From Candidatus Sungbacteria bacterium RIFCSPLOWO2_01_FULL_54_21 (GTDB taxonomy: Bacteria > Patescibacteriota > Minisyncoccia > Sungbacterales > HO2-52-23), in contig MHQR01000026.1 of NCBI GenBank assembly GCA_001820725.1, positions 7,885-55,645 on the forward strand: DNA of 47,761 bases, read 5' to 3'. Below, one piece after another: positions 1 to 9,220 of the stretch. Each line of letters opens with the position of its first letter. Positions within the stretch are counted from its first letter, which is position 1. The notes beneath the pieces were generated by a model, which had not been told where the DNA came from, did not search any database, and was given only the letters and a program-made list of their open reading frames with translations. The translations under genes were made by a program, and so were the position numbers.

Positions 1-441
1 GCCGTTCGCATCAATCACAAACGGGGTAGTGTCATTTGCCGCATCTTCTATATACAGCGCCTGACCCGTACCCGTGTAGGTCAGCAATACGGCAGGAGAC
101 GTCGTCGCGGTCGTAAGCGAGAAAAAGCCGCCTGGAGAAGTAGTTCCTATGCCAAAGCTGCCGCTATTGGTAAACTGCGCCCTCTGCGTTCCTCCTGTTG
201 CAAATCCGAGTATGTCAGTGCTGACGTCAAACAGACCGGTATCAGTATCCGAAGAAAACGAGAGCGTCGGCGCCGCCGCAGTCCCTGCGGCTACCGTAAG
301 CACACTACTCACGGTGATGCTACTGCCTACCGTGGTGGCGTATACCGATCCTCCGACCGCGAGGATCGCGCCAAACACGATGGCCGCTATAATAAATGCA
401 GGACTATCCTTGCGAAAACGAAACAGTTTTGAGATCTGCAT
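1..441 (-). CDS. fibre-like secreted protein, N-terminal part (3' end runs off the window start)
   Basis: Not in the ORF track because there is no stop inside the window. Reverse-strand ATG at 439-441 opens MQISKLFRFRKDSPAFIIAAIVFGAILAVGGSVYA (signal anchor) ... NSGSFGIGTTSPGGFFSL and stays open to position 1. Shares the GIGTTSP motif with 46152..47761. Confidence 0.6.
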   Translation of the reverse strand, partial: MQISKLFRFRKDSPAFIIAAIVFGAILAVGGSVYATTVGSSITVSSVLTVAAGTAAAPTLSFSSDTDTGLFDVSTDILGFATGGTQRAQFTNSGSFGIGTTSPGGFFSLTTATTSPAVLLTYTGTGQALYIEDAANDTTPFVIDANG

Positions 442-557
442 GGTTATAAAATATGTAAAAAAGAATGGAACACATTGCAGCCCGACAAGATCTGCAATGT
501 AATGATGGTGTCTTCCCCCATTCTAGTACAATCCGCAGGCGTGTACAGCGCGACACC

Positions 558-567
558 TGTGGATAAC
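558..567 (+). promoter_or_regulatory. TGTGGATAAC motif (complement contains consensus DnaA box TTATCCACA)
   Basis: Perfect 10-mer, one of four identical intergenic copies (558, 5500 rev, 8717, 20281). Lies about 115 nt upstream of the minus-strand start at 441. Confidence 0.3.
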
Positions 568-569
568 TC

Positions 570-603
570 AAAACCCTCTCCGGCGTACGCCGGAGAGGGT
601 TTT
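570..603. terminator. bidirectional rho-independent terminator
   Basis: 12-bp stem CCCTCTCCGGCG / CGCCGGAGAGGG with a 2-nt loop, flanked by AAAA and TTTT. Sits 26 nt past the stop of 629..1324 (-). Confidence 0.7.
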
Positions 604-628
604 GTCGCATGCGTTCAGATGATTGTGA

Positions 629-1324
629 TCACTGCAACTCGCTATAGCGCTCGAGCAGATACTTTAGATCGGGCGAGTCGGTTTCCCGTATGCCGCTTTG
701 CAATGTCTCTTTGGCTTTTGCGTCATCCTTTCGGACATACCGATAGAATTCATAGGCATTGCGCCATACGCTCACGTCTTTTGTCCAGATTTTCAGAGCG
801 GCAGTGAAGTTTTGTTCGGCGCGCGCGGGATCTTTCAGATCAAAAGCATAAAGCGAGGCGAGATTGGCATAGGGGCTGGCTTGTTCGGGATTCGTTACCG
901 TCAGGAACTCCCACACTTGCCGCGCGCCCTCATAATCGTCCACGGTCTTGCGCAAAATAGCCAAGTTCATCCACTCGTCGAAAATCCGAGGATCTTTTTC
1001 CAATGCGGCAATACTCGCGTCTATTTTCTTTTGCATCAGCACTCTGGCCTCTTCAGAAAATGCCGCGGAAAAAACAATAGGGCGGCGCAACGCGGGGATC
1101 CTTACATCCCCTCCCGTCACGGGTACTAGTTCAATGGTATATTTTCCGTCTCCGCCTATTTCAATACCGACATGTCCGGGAGACGAGTCCGTATTTTCTG
1201 CGTTCTGCTGTGGCGCGGGCTCCTGCCGGATCGCGCTGTTGTAATAGGCGTGAAAACCCACTGCGGCAAGAGCCAGTGCTGCCACCACGATTACACTGTT
1301 TCGTTTCGTAAAGAGATGCTCCAT
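629..1324 (-). CDS. membrane-anchored TPR-like protein
   Basis: ORF 629..1423. Start moved to MEHLFTKRNSVIVVAALALAAVGF (TM helix). C-terminal half is helical and TPR-like (PYANLASLYAF..ARAEQNFTAALKI..WRNAYEFY). Confidence 0.55.
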   Translation of the reverse strand: MEHLFTKRNSVIVVAALALAAVGFHAYYNSAIRQEPAPQQNAENTDSSPGHVGIEIGGDGKYTIELVPVTGGDVRIPALRRPIVFSAAFSEEARVLMQKKIDASIAALEKDPRIFDEWMNLAILRKTVDDYEGARQVWEFLTVTNPEQASPYANLASLYAFDLKDPARAEQNFTAALKIWTKDVSVWRNAYEFYRYVRKDDAKAKETLQSGIRETDSPDLKYLLERYSELQ

Positions 1325-1437
1325 ACGCCATATTCTAGCAGTAATAAGCCCAAAACGCAATCCCGCCCCGACTTTATGTCGGGGCGGGATGCTTTCGCCT
1401 TCCCGTTCACGCAAACGGGGCACAAGGAGCGAAAGTA

Positions 1438-4400
1438 TTATTGCGTGATAACCTGCGAGTTGGTATTGGTGGTCGGAAGACCAGGTATACCATAGCCCGT
1501 GCTGAAGTCGTTGGCGAGATTAGACTGCGCCGTGGTGGTCGAGAACGGCCGCCAGACGAAGTCATAGCTCACTGCGGGAGTCGTCTTATTAGCCGGCTCT
1601 CGGAGATACGTGGTGGTTGCCATGTATGTCGAGGTCGCGGCAGTATGCGGGAATCCACCGCTGGTGCAACATGCGCCAGTCGTGAGGTCCGCCGCAAACT
1701 TGGCATCGCCCTGCAGTTGCGTGGACACGCTATACGTTGCCCCCGCAAGCGTAGCATCACCGCGAAGCACGAAATATCTCGTGCCGCCTGCCGGAATAAC
1801 CACCGTCGTGGAAGCATTGTCCGCGTCAGCCGCCCAGAACTCAATGTCTGTGGACGCGCTCGCCCAAGCGGTGCTCGGACTGCCCTCCAAACCCGTTATA
1901 TCAATGCTCGTCTGTAGCATCGCGCCGTCCGTCTGCAATCCGGTTACCGGTGTTGCGAAGGTTGAATCCGTAAACACATAGACATTCACATTGTCAATCA
2001 TGCCTAGCTGTGCTGTCGCGGATGTCGTTGCGATGCGCGCGGTAAGCTTCGCAATGCCCACGTCTCCTTCCACTGGTGCGGAGATCTTGAATTTCAGCAA
2101 GTCCCTCCTACCTGAAGTCAGCGCTCCGCCGCTCGTAAAGGATACTAGATCAAGCGTCGGATACGACCTGACTGCGCGGACACCAGCGCTTGCGGTTGCG
2201 GTCGTCAAGCTATCAATACGAATCCTCTGGCCGCTCGCCACTCCGGTAGCAAGTGATCCGCCTTGGGTTCCTGCAGGAATGTCAACTTGCACCAGCGATC
2301 CTGGAACACCGGCTTGTGATGTTCCCTGCGCCGCAACATCCACTTTTGCCGTCAAGAGCTTGCTGCCGTCTTTCGGCACCGTGAAGTCGCCGGACAGCGT
2401 CGTGGATGCATAGTAGCTCGCGCCGACAAACACCGACTCGCCTACCTTGGTCGCGCCATCCCACAGCGTTACTTTCGTCACATCCTGCGGAGAGGATGAT
2501 GCGTTCGGCACGCTGGATGCGCCTCCATTGGTAAGCTGGAGTCCTAGATCAGTCAATTTGACTGCCTCGTTGGTTGCCGTAAATCGGAATACTGATGTCG
2601 TGATAGCTGTCCTTCCGGCCGCCGTAAGGGTGTACGAAGGACTGGACGAATCCAAAGCAACGGCGAGCGAACCGTTTGCGGCAAGCGTCATGCGCTGTCC
2701 AGTTGAGTCGTTCTTCGTTACCGTTGCGGACTGACCCGAGGTCAAGCCGTTGACGGTCGGCGAGGCAGTGGTGTCAAAGCCCCACTGGTATATGCCGGTG
2801 CCGCCCGATGCGATGTTGCACTTCATTTCAAGCGTCTTTACCGTGCCCTTCAGAACCGTGAATCCTGATCCGTCGAACGTGACAAGCGTCGTGGAGCTGA
2901 TGGAACTCGGGTTCAAGATGTTACTGCCGGTGTTGAGGGCTGTGGCGCCGTCATACAGCTGGCAGGACGTCAGATTGGTCGCCGTAGTGCCGCTGAAATC
3001 CAACGGTAGGGAAGGCAGACGAACGTCTTCGCCGGATGCGCCCGCGTCAAGCAGGTACTTGGCAAAGGTGAACTTCTGCGCTCCTGAAACCACGGTCTGG
3101 GCCGGAGGATCGGACGATACGCTGATCGTCAGCGCCGCTGTTTTGAGGGTCATGGTAGACAGCGATACTGCCGATGTCGGGGACGGGGTTACCGTCTCGC
3201 CGGTAGTTACGCCTCGCACTGTCGTCCAGTCGGTTGAAGGAGTGGTGGACGCCTGTATCGCGGCGTTGTTCGGAATATCTGTTCCGTACTTTGCCTTCAA
3301 GGTGTACACATTCTTTCCCTCCGGGAAGGTTACCGTGTCGGTGAATGTCAGCTTGTATGTTGACGAGCCGTCAACCGGTCCCGCCACGATCTTGCCGTTG
3401 GTGTCGTAGATGGACACTTGGGTTACATCTGCGCCGGTCCCTGCGGCCACGCCGCCGCCGACGCTGATGTTGAATATCATCTGCGCTACCGATACCGACT
3501 CGCCGCGCACGTCAGCCAGGAAAGCGCCGAGGGACTGTCCGTTCAGGTTCACCGCGACGTTCTGCGATGTTACGGTCGTGGAATTCTCCACGTTCAGAGA
3601 ACCCTTGCCCACGGTAACTTGCGATGCGAAGTACCACGGGTTGGTAGAGGTGAATCCTGTACCCGAGGTCGGAGGCGTAATGCCAAAGCCGTAGGTTTCT
3701 CCGCGTACCGCGAGATCGGATGTCCTGTAGATGTTGAACTTGATCGTCCGGTCGGTTCCGCCGAGAATATCTCCCTTCACGAAGATTTCCGCCGAGCCGC
3801 CCTTGTCCAGAAGTATCGGGGGATCAAACCGTGAAGTGTAGTATTTTCCGTCTGCAGAAACCATTGCCGCATAGTCCTTTTTGGTTCCGCCGATCGGCTC
3901 TACGGTGGTCATCACGTTCGCGAGATCACTGCTACCGATAGAACCGACCTGGTTCCACCGAATGCTGTCAACGTATACCTTCTCCTGCGATCCTGCGGTA
4001 ACGCGAACCGAGGTGAAGATAAATGCTTTCTTTCCGATATCTTCCGTCGTGGTCGCGACGGACTTGTACGAACCGGTCTGATTGGTAACCGTGCCGATGG
4101 TCAGGGTCGTGTTCATGGTCATCCCATTCCCCACTACGGGAGAACTCAAGGTGACCTTGGACGTTCCCGCATCAACTGCGACGAGGGCGAGTTTTATGAT
4201 TTCACCCGCGACACTCGTGCCGGATCCAGCGCGATTTGCCGCCAGCGTCATAGTCCGAGACGTTCCGGCTTTCACGACGAATGCCTCATTCAGATTGGTT
4301 TGATGAAGGGAATTCAGCGTCTTTGCGAGACCATACTGAACGCCGTTTTCATCGAGAAGCAGTACTTCTGACAGTCCGCTGTCACTGCCCGGGCCCTGGC

Positions 4401-5094
4401 GTTCTGCCGTAAGCGAGCTTACCGTCACGTCTCCATCAGGAGCGGCGGTAAAGATCACTTTCGTAAAGGGCACCCGTGCGGCGCTCGCAGGAGCCAGTGC
4501 CGATGGCGGTTGGTCCACTGCCGCCGTTACCGTGAGGCCGCTACCAACCGGAGTTGGCGCTGTCGGCGTTCCCGGAGCCGTCGGCATAGTCGGAGTTGTC
4601 GGCGTCGTCGCTACTGCTACCAATGAATCATACTTCGCTCGAGACAATGTGCCGAAGTAGCCAGCGGCCGGCGATACGCCGTTGCCCGCTTGCCACTTCA
4701 TGACGGCCGCTTTGGTCAAACTGCCGAATGACATTGTCTCGTTGCCTGGCGATCCGGCGCCGCTTGCGGCGACCTGGTGGCCCGACGAGTTCAAATATTT
4801 CTGCAAACACATCACGTCATCACCGCGCACTCCCTGTGAGAGGTTGCGAGTGAAAGCGCATTTTGAAGCGCTCGATCCTGCGGCCGGGGTTGCCGGCGTG
4901 CCGGAGAGCGATCCAAGTTGCGCCTGGAGTGCTACGATCTGCGCGGTCAGCTGCTCAATCGTGTGCGCGGTCGTGTGATCCGCCACTGCAGCCAACGGCA
5001 CAAATGCCGCTACTCCTGAGATCGTGACTGCGGTTGCCAGAGCGATTACTTTCGCCCTAAGGCCTCCGCCTTCTCTTTTCAATCTCATGTGCAT
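1438..5094 (-). CDS. giant surface protein: signal anchor, peptidoglycan-binding-like domain, Pro/Thr linker, about 1000 aa Thr/Ser/Gly/Val-rich beta region
   Basis: 1218-aa ORF. N-terminus is LRAKVIALATAVTISGVAAFVPLAAVA. PG_binding_1-like segment is CLQKYLNSSGH..LTKAAVMKWQAGNGVSPAAGYFG. Linker is TTPTTPTMPTAPGTPTAPTP. The antisense ORFs across this span are shadow ORFs. Confidence 0.7.
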   Translation of the reverse strand: MHMRLKREGGGLRAKVIALATAVTISGVAAFVPLAAVADHTTAHTIEQLTAQIVALQAQLGSLSGTPATPAAGSSASKCAFTRNLSQGVRGDDVMCLQKYLNSSGHQVAASGAGSPGNETMSFGSLTKAAVMKWQAGNGVSPAAGYFGTLSRAKYDSLVAVATTPTTPTMPTAPGTPTAPTPVGSGLTVTAAVDQPPSALAPASAARVPFTKVIFTAAPDGDVTVSSLTAERQGPGSDSGLSEVLLLDENGVQYGLAKTLNSLHQTNLNEAFVVKAGTSRTMTLAANRAGSGTSVAGEIIKLALVAVDAGTSKVTLSSPVVGNGMTMNTTLTIGTVTNQTGSYKSVATTTEDIGKKAFIFTSVRVTAGSQEKVYVDSIRWNQVGSIGSSDLANVMTTVEPIGGTKKDYAAMVSADGKYYTSRFDPPILLDKGGSAEIFVKGDILGGTDRTIKFNIYRTSDLAVRGETYGFGITPPTSGTGFTSTNPWYFASQVTVGKGSLNVENSTTVTSQNVAVNLNGQSLGAFLADVRGESVSVAQMIFNISVGGGVAAGTGADVTQVSIYDTNGKIVAGPVDGSSTYKLTFTDTVTFPEGKNVYTLKAKYGTDIPNNAAIQASTTPSTDWTTVRGVTTGETVTPSPTSAVSLSTMTLKTAALTISVSSDPPAQTVVSGAQKFTFAKYLLDAGASGEDVRLPSLPLDFSGTTATNLTSCQLYDGATALNTGSNILNPSSISSTTLVTFDGSGFTVLKGTVKTLEMKCNIASGGTGIYQWGFDTTASPTVNGLTSGQSATVTKNDSTGQRMTLAANGSLAVALDSSSPSYTLTAAGRTAITTSVFRFTATNEAVKLTDLGLQLTNGGASSVPNASSSPQDVTKVTLWDGATKVGESVFVGASYYASTTLSGDFTVPKDGSKLLTAKVDVAAQGTSQAGVPGSLVQVDIPAGTQGGSLATGVASGQRIRIDSLTTATASAGVRAVRSYPTLDLVSFTSGGALTSGRRDLLKFKISAPVEGDVGIAKLTARIATTSATAQLGMIDNVNVYVFTDSTFATPVTGLQTDGAMLQTSIDITGLEGSPSTAWASASTDIEFWAADADNASTTVVIPAGGTRYFVLRGDATLAGATYSVSTQLQGDAKFAADLTTGACCTSGGFPHTAATSTYMATTTYLREPANKTTPAVSYDFVWRPFSTTTAQSNLANDFSTGYGIPGLPTTNTNSQVITQ

Positions 5095-5499
5095 AAGGTT
5101 ATGTATTATATGTTAATGACAGAAACCACTTCTTCCCTTCCCGCGTTGCAGAAATGAAAGAGGGCTTCCTGACAGGGGCGCTCATTTTTTATATCCGTCG
5201 ACTCCGAATCGGGTATAAAGATGGGCACATTAATAAATGATCGACTATCTATGGTCTTGTGTCTCGTGGGTTGTCAACGTGCTTTCGTTCTGCGTTCTTC
5301 CCTGGTTCGTTTCTTCTTGCGCTCCGCGTAGGAACCGATGTCTGCTTCCGTACCTCGACTCATACGCGCCGTGCAATTTTTATATTCGCCTCAACACCTC
5401 AAAACAGCCCAAAAGCGGCCTTTTTCGAGAAAAATTTCTTGAGAAAATTCATACGATACTTCTTATTATATGTACGGATGCCTGCCGATGCAATAACGT

Positions 5500-5509
5500 G
5501 TTATCCACA
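5500..5509 (-). promoter_or_regulatory. TGTGGATAAC motif (reverse orientation; plus strand reads GTTATCCACA)
   Basis: Perfect copy in the 590-nt non-coding leader upstream of the giant surface protein gene. Confidence 0.3.
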
Positions 5510-5599
5510 AGCGGGTATCGTGCGGCCTCTCTGCGTCAAAAGATACTCTATTATAGCGCGAGCAGATAGTCAAGCAAGCGGGCGCGCTGTGGAAAACTC

Positions 5600-5626
5600 G
5601 CGTAAACGATTAACAATCGTTTACGC
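5600..5626. repeat. perfect hairpin palindrome GCGTAAACGATT-AAC-AATCGTTTACGC
   Basis: 12-bp arms with a 3-nt loop. A near-identical palindrome is at 37523..37551. On the minus strand it is followed by GAGTTTTCC, so it could also terminate galU. Confidence 0.6.
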
Positions 5627-5683
5627 CGCTGCCTACGTTACGCGGAGTTGCTAGCATGTCCCCGTACCCATCCGCCCATCGCA

Positions 5684-6565
5684 TCATTTTTTATACTTTT
5701 CCGTAAGCCAGGCGCCAAATTGCTCCCCTATCTCCGGATGTTTCAGTCCCATATCCACCACCGCCCGCATATAGCCCAGTTTATCGCCACAATCATAGTA
5801 TGTGCCTTTTACGACATATCCATAAAAATCATGGCCGTCTTGGGCGTAGGCGGCAATGGCCGGGGGAATATACAATTCGCCATGCACCGGCTCCACCCGC
5901 TCAAGATAGGGAATGAAATCGGGCGTGAGGACAAACCTCGTGAGCGTGGCAAGATTGGTTGGCGCGGTCCCCGGAGCCGGTTTCTCCACAGCGCGCTTTA
6001 TTTTCCACACACCCGGCTCAACCTCAACGCCGTCAATAACGCCGTATCGATGGGCATTTTCGGGCGTGACTTCCACAAGACAGGTAACGGGCGCGCGATA
6101 CTTTTTATACACGGCTATCATCTGCGCCAATGCCGAGGGTTGGGCATCTATAATGTCATCCCCGGACAGCACGGCAAACGACTCGCCGTCAAAAAAGGGC
6201 TTGGCGGCAAGCACCGCGTCCGCAACGCCTTTTTGCTCCATCTGCCTCACAGACCCAAAAGACGCAAGCGACGATATTTCGCGGACAATGCGCAACGCTT
6301 CACCTTTTCCTTTGATCTCTAGAAAATGCTCCACTTCTGGTGCGCGATCAAAGTAGTCCTCAATCGCCAGCTTTCCCTTGCCCGTAACCAAAAGTATATC
6401 TTTCAGCCCTGCGCTCACGATCTCCTCTGCGAGAAAATGCACGAGCGGCTTGTCCACCAACGGGAGCATTTCTTTGGGAATTGCTTTGGTAACTGGAAGA
6501 AAACGCGTGCCGTAACCGGCCACGAGAATGATTGCTTTCTTTATATCGGTCATAGTATCAGACAT
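5684..6565 (-). CDS. galU: UTP--glucose-1-phosphate uridylyltransferase
   Basis: KAIILVAGYGTRFLPVTKAIPKEMLPLVDKPL N-terminal nucleotidyltransferase motif. 293 aa, typical length. Confidence 0.9.
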   Translation of the reverse strand: MSDTMTDIKKAIILVAGYGTRFLPVTKAIPKEMLPLVDKPLVHFLAEEIVSAGLKDILLVTGKGKLAIEDYFDRAPEVEHFLEIKGKGEALRIVREISSLASFGSVRQMEQKGVADAVLAAKPFFDGESFAVLSGDDIIDAQPSALAQMIAVYKKYRAPVTCLVEVTPENAHRYGVIDGVEVEPGVWKIKRAVEKPAPGTAPTNLATLTRFVLTPDFIPYLERVEPVHGELYIPPAIAAYAQDGHDFYGYVVKGTYYDCGDKLGYMRAVVDMGLKHPEIGEQFGAWLTEKYKK

Positions 6566-6606
6566 CGCTAAAAACTATCGGACATTCTCATTTTGTCCCT
6601 TAAAAA

Positions 6607-7296
6607 TCATGCGTTTCCCCCGCGCATATAAATGGTCCATCGTTTCTCTCCTTCCTTCTTTATGACGTTCTTTGAAACAAGTTCCTGCAGATCGCGCTGG
6701 ATCGTCTTTGGGCTTATGCCTTGAAAGATTTCGTAAAAGTCGCTCACCTTTACCCGCGGCGTTTGTGCGAGTCGCTCCAGAATCGCCCGATGGCGCTCGT
6801 TGGCCGCTTTGCCTTTGGATGCCGGTTCCCGTGCGGGTTCTTGAGGCGGATTCTCCGCCAACGCCGGCACATGATTCGCGGGCGCTTGATGCGTTGCGTG
6901 TACGGCCTGCTGTTCCCTTCCTGCACGCGTTTTCAGTTCGCGCGCCCATTCTGCCACCGACGCGCGGTACTCGCGCTCAAGCACAAAAAAATTTTCTTGT
7001 TTCACTTCGGGGAGCGTATGCGCAACCGTAATAAATCCGAGTAAAGTTTCTATCTTGGATTCCAGCCCCGCGCTGCCATGCGTAACCCCATGCGATTCGG
7101 CAATGCATCCTGCCAGCACATCATTGGCATGCTTGCGCAACGTGGTTCGCAAGGGTTCTCCTGCGGGAAGCAATCCCGTCACCCGGTAGAGCGCCGCCGT
7201 CACCCGCAGAAAACGCACGGTCCAGTCCCCTATGTTGCTTTCGTACATGCCCTGCACCATACCCGAAAAACTACCCGTGGTCAACGCCGTCGCCAT
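6607..7296 (-). CDS. DeoR-type HTH domain protein with helical N-terminal domain
   Basis: C-terminus ERHRAILERLAQTPRVKVSDFYEIFQGISPKTIQRDLQELVSKNVIKKEG matches the DeoR winged-HTH pattern. The N-terminal half is helical (possibly four-helix-bundle-like). A low-complexity linker joins them. Confidence 0.6.
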   Translation of the reverse strand: MATALTTGSFSGMVQGMYESNIGDWTVRFLRVTAALYRVTGLLPAGEPLRTTLRKHANDVLAGCIAESHGVTHGSAGLESKIETLLGFITVAHTLPEVKQENFFVLEREYRASVAEWARELKTRAGREQQAVHATHQAPANHVPALAENPPQEPAREPASKGKAANERHRAILERLAQTPRVKVSDFYEIFQGISPKTIQRDLQELVSKNVIKKEGEKRWTIYMRGGNA

Positions 7297-7369
7297 GCAC
7301 GGGTTTTATGGCAAAAAATATGCCACACAATAGGTTGCGCGGCACGGGAAAAATCCGTATAGTACCGAT

Positions 7370-7876
7370 ATGGATACCGTCTCGCACGGGCTGTGGGGAT
7401 CATTCGTATTCGGCCGCAAACGGCGCAGGAGTTTTTTGCTCGCATTTTTTTTCGGCGTAGCACCCGATCTTTTTTCGTTTGGGCCATTTTTTGCCGGCTC
7501 GCTCTTCGGCCTGTTTATACGCCCGCCTTTTTCGGCGAATCCGCCGCCGGAGAGCGCAATCCCCTCTTTTGTCCATCTGCTCTACCGCCCGACGCATAGT
7601 CTCATTATTTTTGCCGCGATTTTTCTCATCATCTATCTCGTCAGGGGAAAACCCTTATGGGAGATGTCGGCGTGGGTATTGCATATTGTATACGACATTC
7701 CCCTGCACACCGAACACTTTTTCCCAACGCCGTTTCTCTGGCCGATCTCGTCCTACACCGTGGACGGATGGAACTGGGGCAACCCGTGGATTTTTTTCCC
7801 AAATATCACTCTCCTTGCTCTGCTGTATGCCGGACTCTTAGTACGACGCAGACGCCATGTCACACGAGATATTTGA
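7370..7876 (+). CDS. membrane-bound metal-dependent hydrolase-like protein (YdjM/DUF457-like)
   Basis: MDTVSHGLWGS start, several TM helices, conserved His/Asp positions (APDLFSF, PLHTEH). Family assignment is from memory only. Confidence 0.5.
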   Translation: MDTVSHGLWGSFVFGRKRRRSFLLAFFFGVAPDLFSFGPFFAGSLFGLFIRPPFSANPPPESAIPSFVHLLYRPTHSLIIFAAIFLIIYLVRGKPLWEMSAWVLHIVYDIPLHTEHFFPTPFLWPISSYTVDGWNWGNPWIFFPNITLLALLYAGLLVRRRRHVTRDI

Positions 7877-8561
7877 CGCGAAGAAAAAGCGAGCGCGGAA
7901 AATTTTCTCCGCGCTCAAGAAAACGTATCCGCATGCGCGGATAGCACTGCGCTATGCGAACCCGTGGGAACTTTTGGTTGCCGTCATCCTCTCCGCGCAA
8001 TGCACGGACAAAAAGGTGAACGAGGTAACGCCCGCACTTTTCAAGAAATATCCAGCGCTTGATGACTATGTGACGGCAAACCCGCGCGAATTTGAAATGC
8101 TGATTCGGCAGACCGGTTTTTATCACGCCAAGGCAAAAGCCATTCTCGCGTCGGCAAAAATCGTAAAGGGAACGTTCGGCGGAAGAGTGCCGAAAACCAT
8201 GGAGAAAATTTTAACACTCCGCGGCGTTGCGCGAAAAAGCGCGAATGTTGTTCTCGGCAATGCGTACGGCGTGGTGGACGGCATCGCTGTGGACACGCAT
8301 GTGCGACGGCTGTCCCAGCGCATGGGATGTACCACGCATCATGATCCGGTAAAAATAGAGAGGGATCTTATGGCGCTTCTCCCAAAAAAAGATTGGTTTG
8401 CATCGACATATCTTTTGATTGATCACGGCCGCGCGATATGCACAGCCAAAGATCCGCGATGTGATCTGTGTCCCTTGAAAGACATCTGCCCGTCCGCATT
8501 CGCCTTCCCACGATTCACACGTCACGTATCACGAGACACGAAGAAAAAATATGGAAAGTAA
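7857..8561 (+). CDS. nth: endonuclease III
   Basis: LLVAVILSAQCTDKKVN, an HhH segment, and the C-x6-C-x2-C-x5-C cluster CTAKDPRCDLCPLKDIC. Confidence 0.9.
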   Translation: MSHEIFDAKKKRARKIFSALKKTYPHARIALRYANPWELLVAVILSAQCTDKKVNEVTPALFKKYPALDDYVTANPREFEMLIRQTGFYHAKAKAILASAKIVKGTFGGRVPKTMEKILTLRGVARKSANVVLGNAYGVVDGIAVDTHVRRLSQRMGCTTHHDPVKIERDLMALLPKKDWFASTYLLIDHGRAICTAKDPRCDLCPLKDICPSAFAFPRFTRHVSRDTKKKYGK

Positions 8562-8716
8562 GTGTCTTCTTGGTCTGCTTATCACGAACAGTGGATCTCA
8601 CCTGATGCGCATGCAGGAGCGATGGCATCCGCTGAAGAAGGAGGAATACTATGGAAAACTATCGAGAGTATCAGTCATGAATCGTGATACGTGACTCGTG
8701 TCTCGCATTTCTAGGG

Positions 8717-8726
8717 TGTGGATAAC
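8717..8726 (+). promoter_or_regulatory. TGTGGATAAC motif
   Basis: Perfect copy at the start of the 660-nt non-coding gap between nth and clpB. Confidence 0.3.
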
Positions 8727-9077
8727 AGCACTTGCCTACCTGCTGAAAATGACGGACACTATAGGTATTGGACAGGAATACGGTGGAAAACATCTGATAC
8801 CTCGGGCAAAAAAGCCCACGCCTACGCGATAAAATACAGTTCAGAAAGCCACGGTCTTGCTCTCCATATTCTGTTCTTTTTCACAATTTTTTTCTCTCTT
8901 GCGCGCAGTGCGCGCGATCTATCATCTGGCCGTAGCCAGGAAAGCGGATTCTATCAAAGTCCACTTCCCCGGCTACGGCCAATCTTGTTTGCCTGCTGCC
9001 CGCTTTACATGCACTATGCAGATTAGTAGTATGTCCTCGCGTGCCAAGCGCTTTTTCGGTAAACGCTTGCCGCCGAA

Positions 9078-9107
9078 CGAAGCCCCCACGGGCTTCGTTT
9101 TTATTTT
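9078..9107 (+). terminator. rho-independent terminator on the plus strand
   Basis: CGAAGCCC-CCAC-GGGCTTCG followed by TTTTTATTTT. It lies about 520 nt after the nth stop with no convincing CDS in between. Confidence 0.65.
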
Positions 9108-9114
9108 GCCACTT

Positions 9115-9150
9115 GGTTCATCTAATACGCTCGAGCGTATTAGATGAACC
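9115..9150. repeat. 36-bp perfect palindrome
   Basis: GGTTCATCTAATACGCTC | GAGCGTATTAGATGAACC, 18-bp arms with no loop, between two terminators. Confidence 0.8.
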
Positions 9151-9172
9151 TATTAAAACTTTCTCTGATCTT

Positions 9173-9202
9173 AAAAAGAAACGCCTCACGGCGTTTCTTT
9201 TT
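9173..9202. terminator. terminator downstream of clpB (bidirectional shape)
   Basis: AAAAAGAAACGCC-TCAC-GGCGTTTCTTTTT, 19 nt past the clpB stop. Confidence 0.7.
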
Positions 9203-9220
9203 AAGATTCTTTGTCGAGTA

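Noticed and set aside
574-599. Terminator hairpins at 574-599 and 20774-20801 share the core CTCCGGC-[GA]TAC-GCCGGAG, hinting at a repeat family.
   Set aside because: The shared arm is only 7 nt within GC-rich terminator stems. Two copies are not enough to separate this from convergence.
8562-9220. Tried to identify RNase P RNA, tmRNA or SRP RNA in the long nth/clpB gap.
   Set aside because: None of the hallmark strings were found on either strand: GAGGAAAGUCC / ACAGAA..GGCUUA for RNase P, a GGUUCGAAUCC-type T-arm with CCA end for tmRNA, and the GGAA/AGCA domain IV for SRP. It remains only an unnamed ncRNA candidate.
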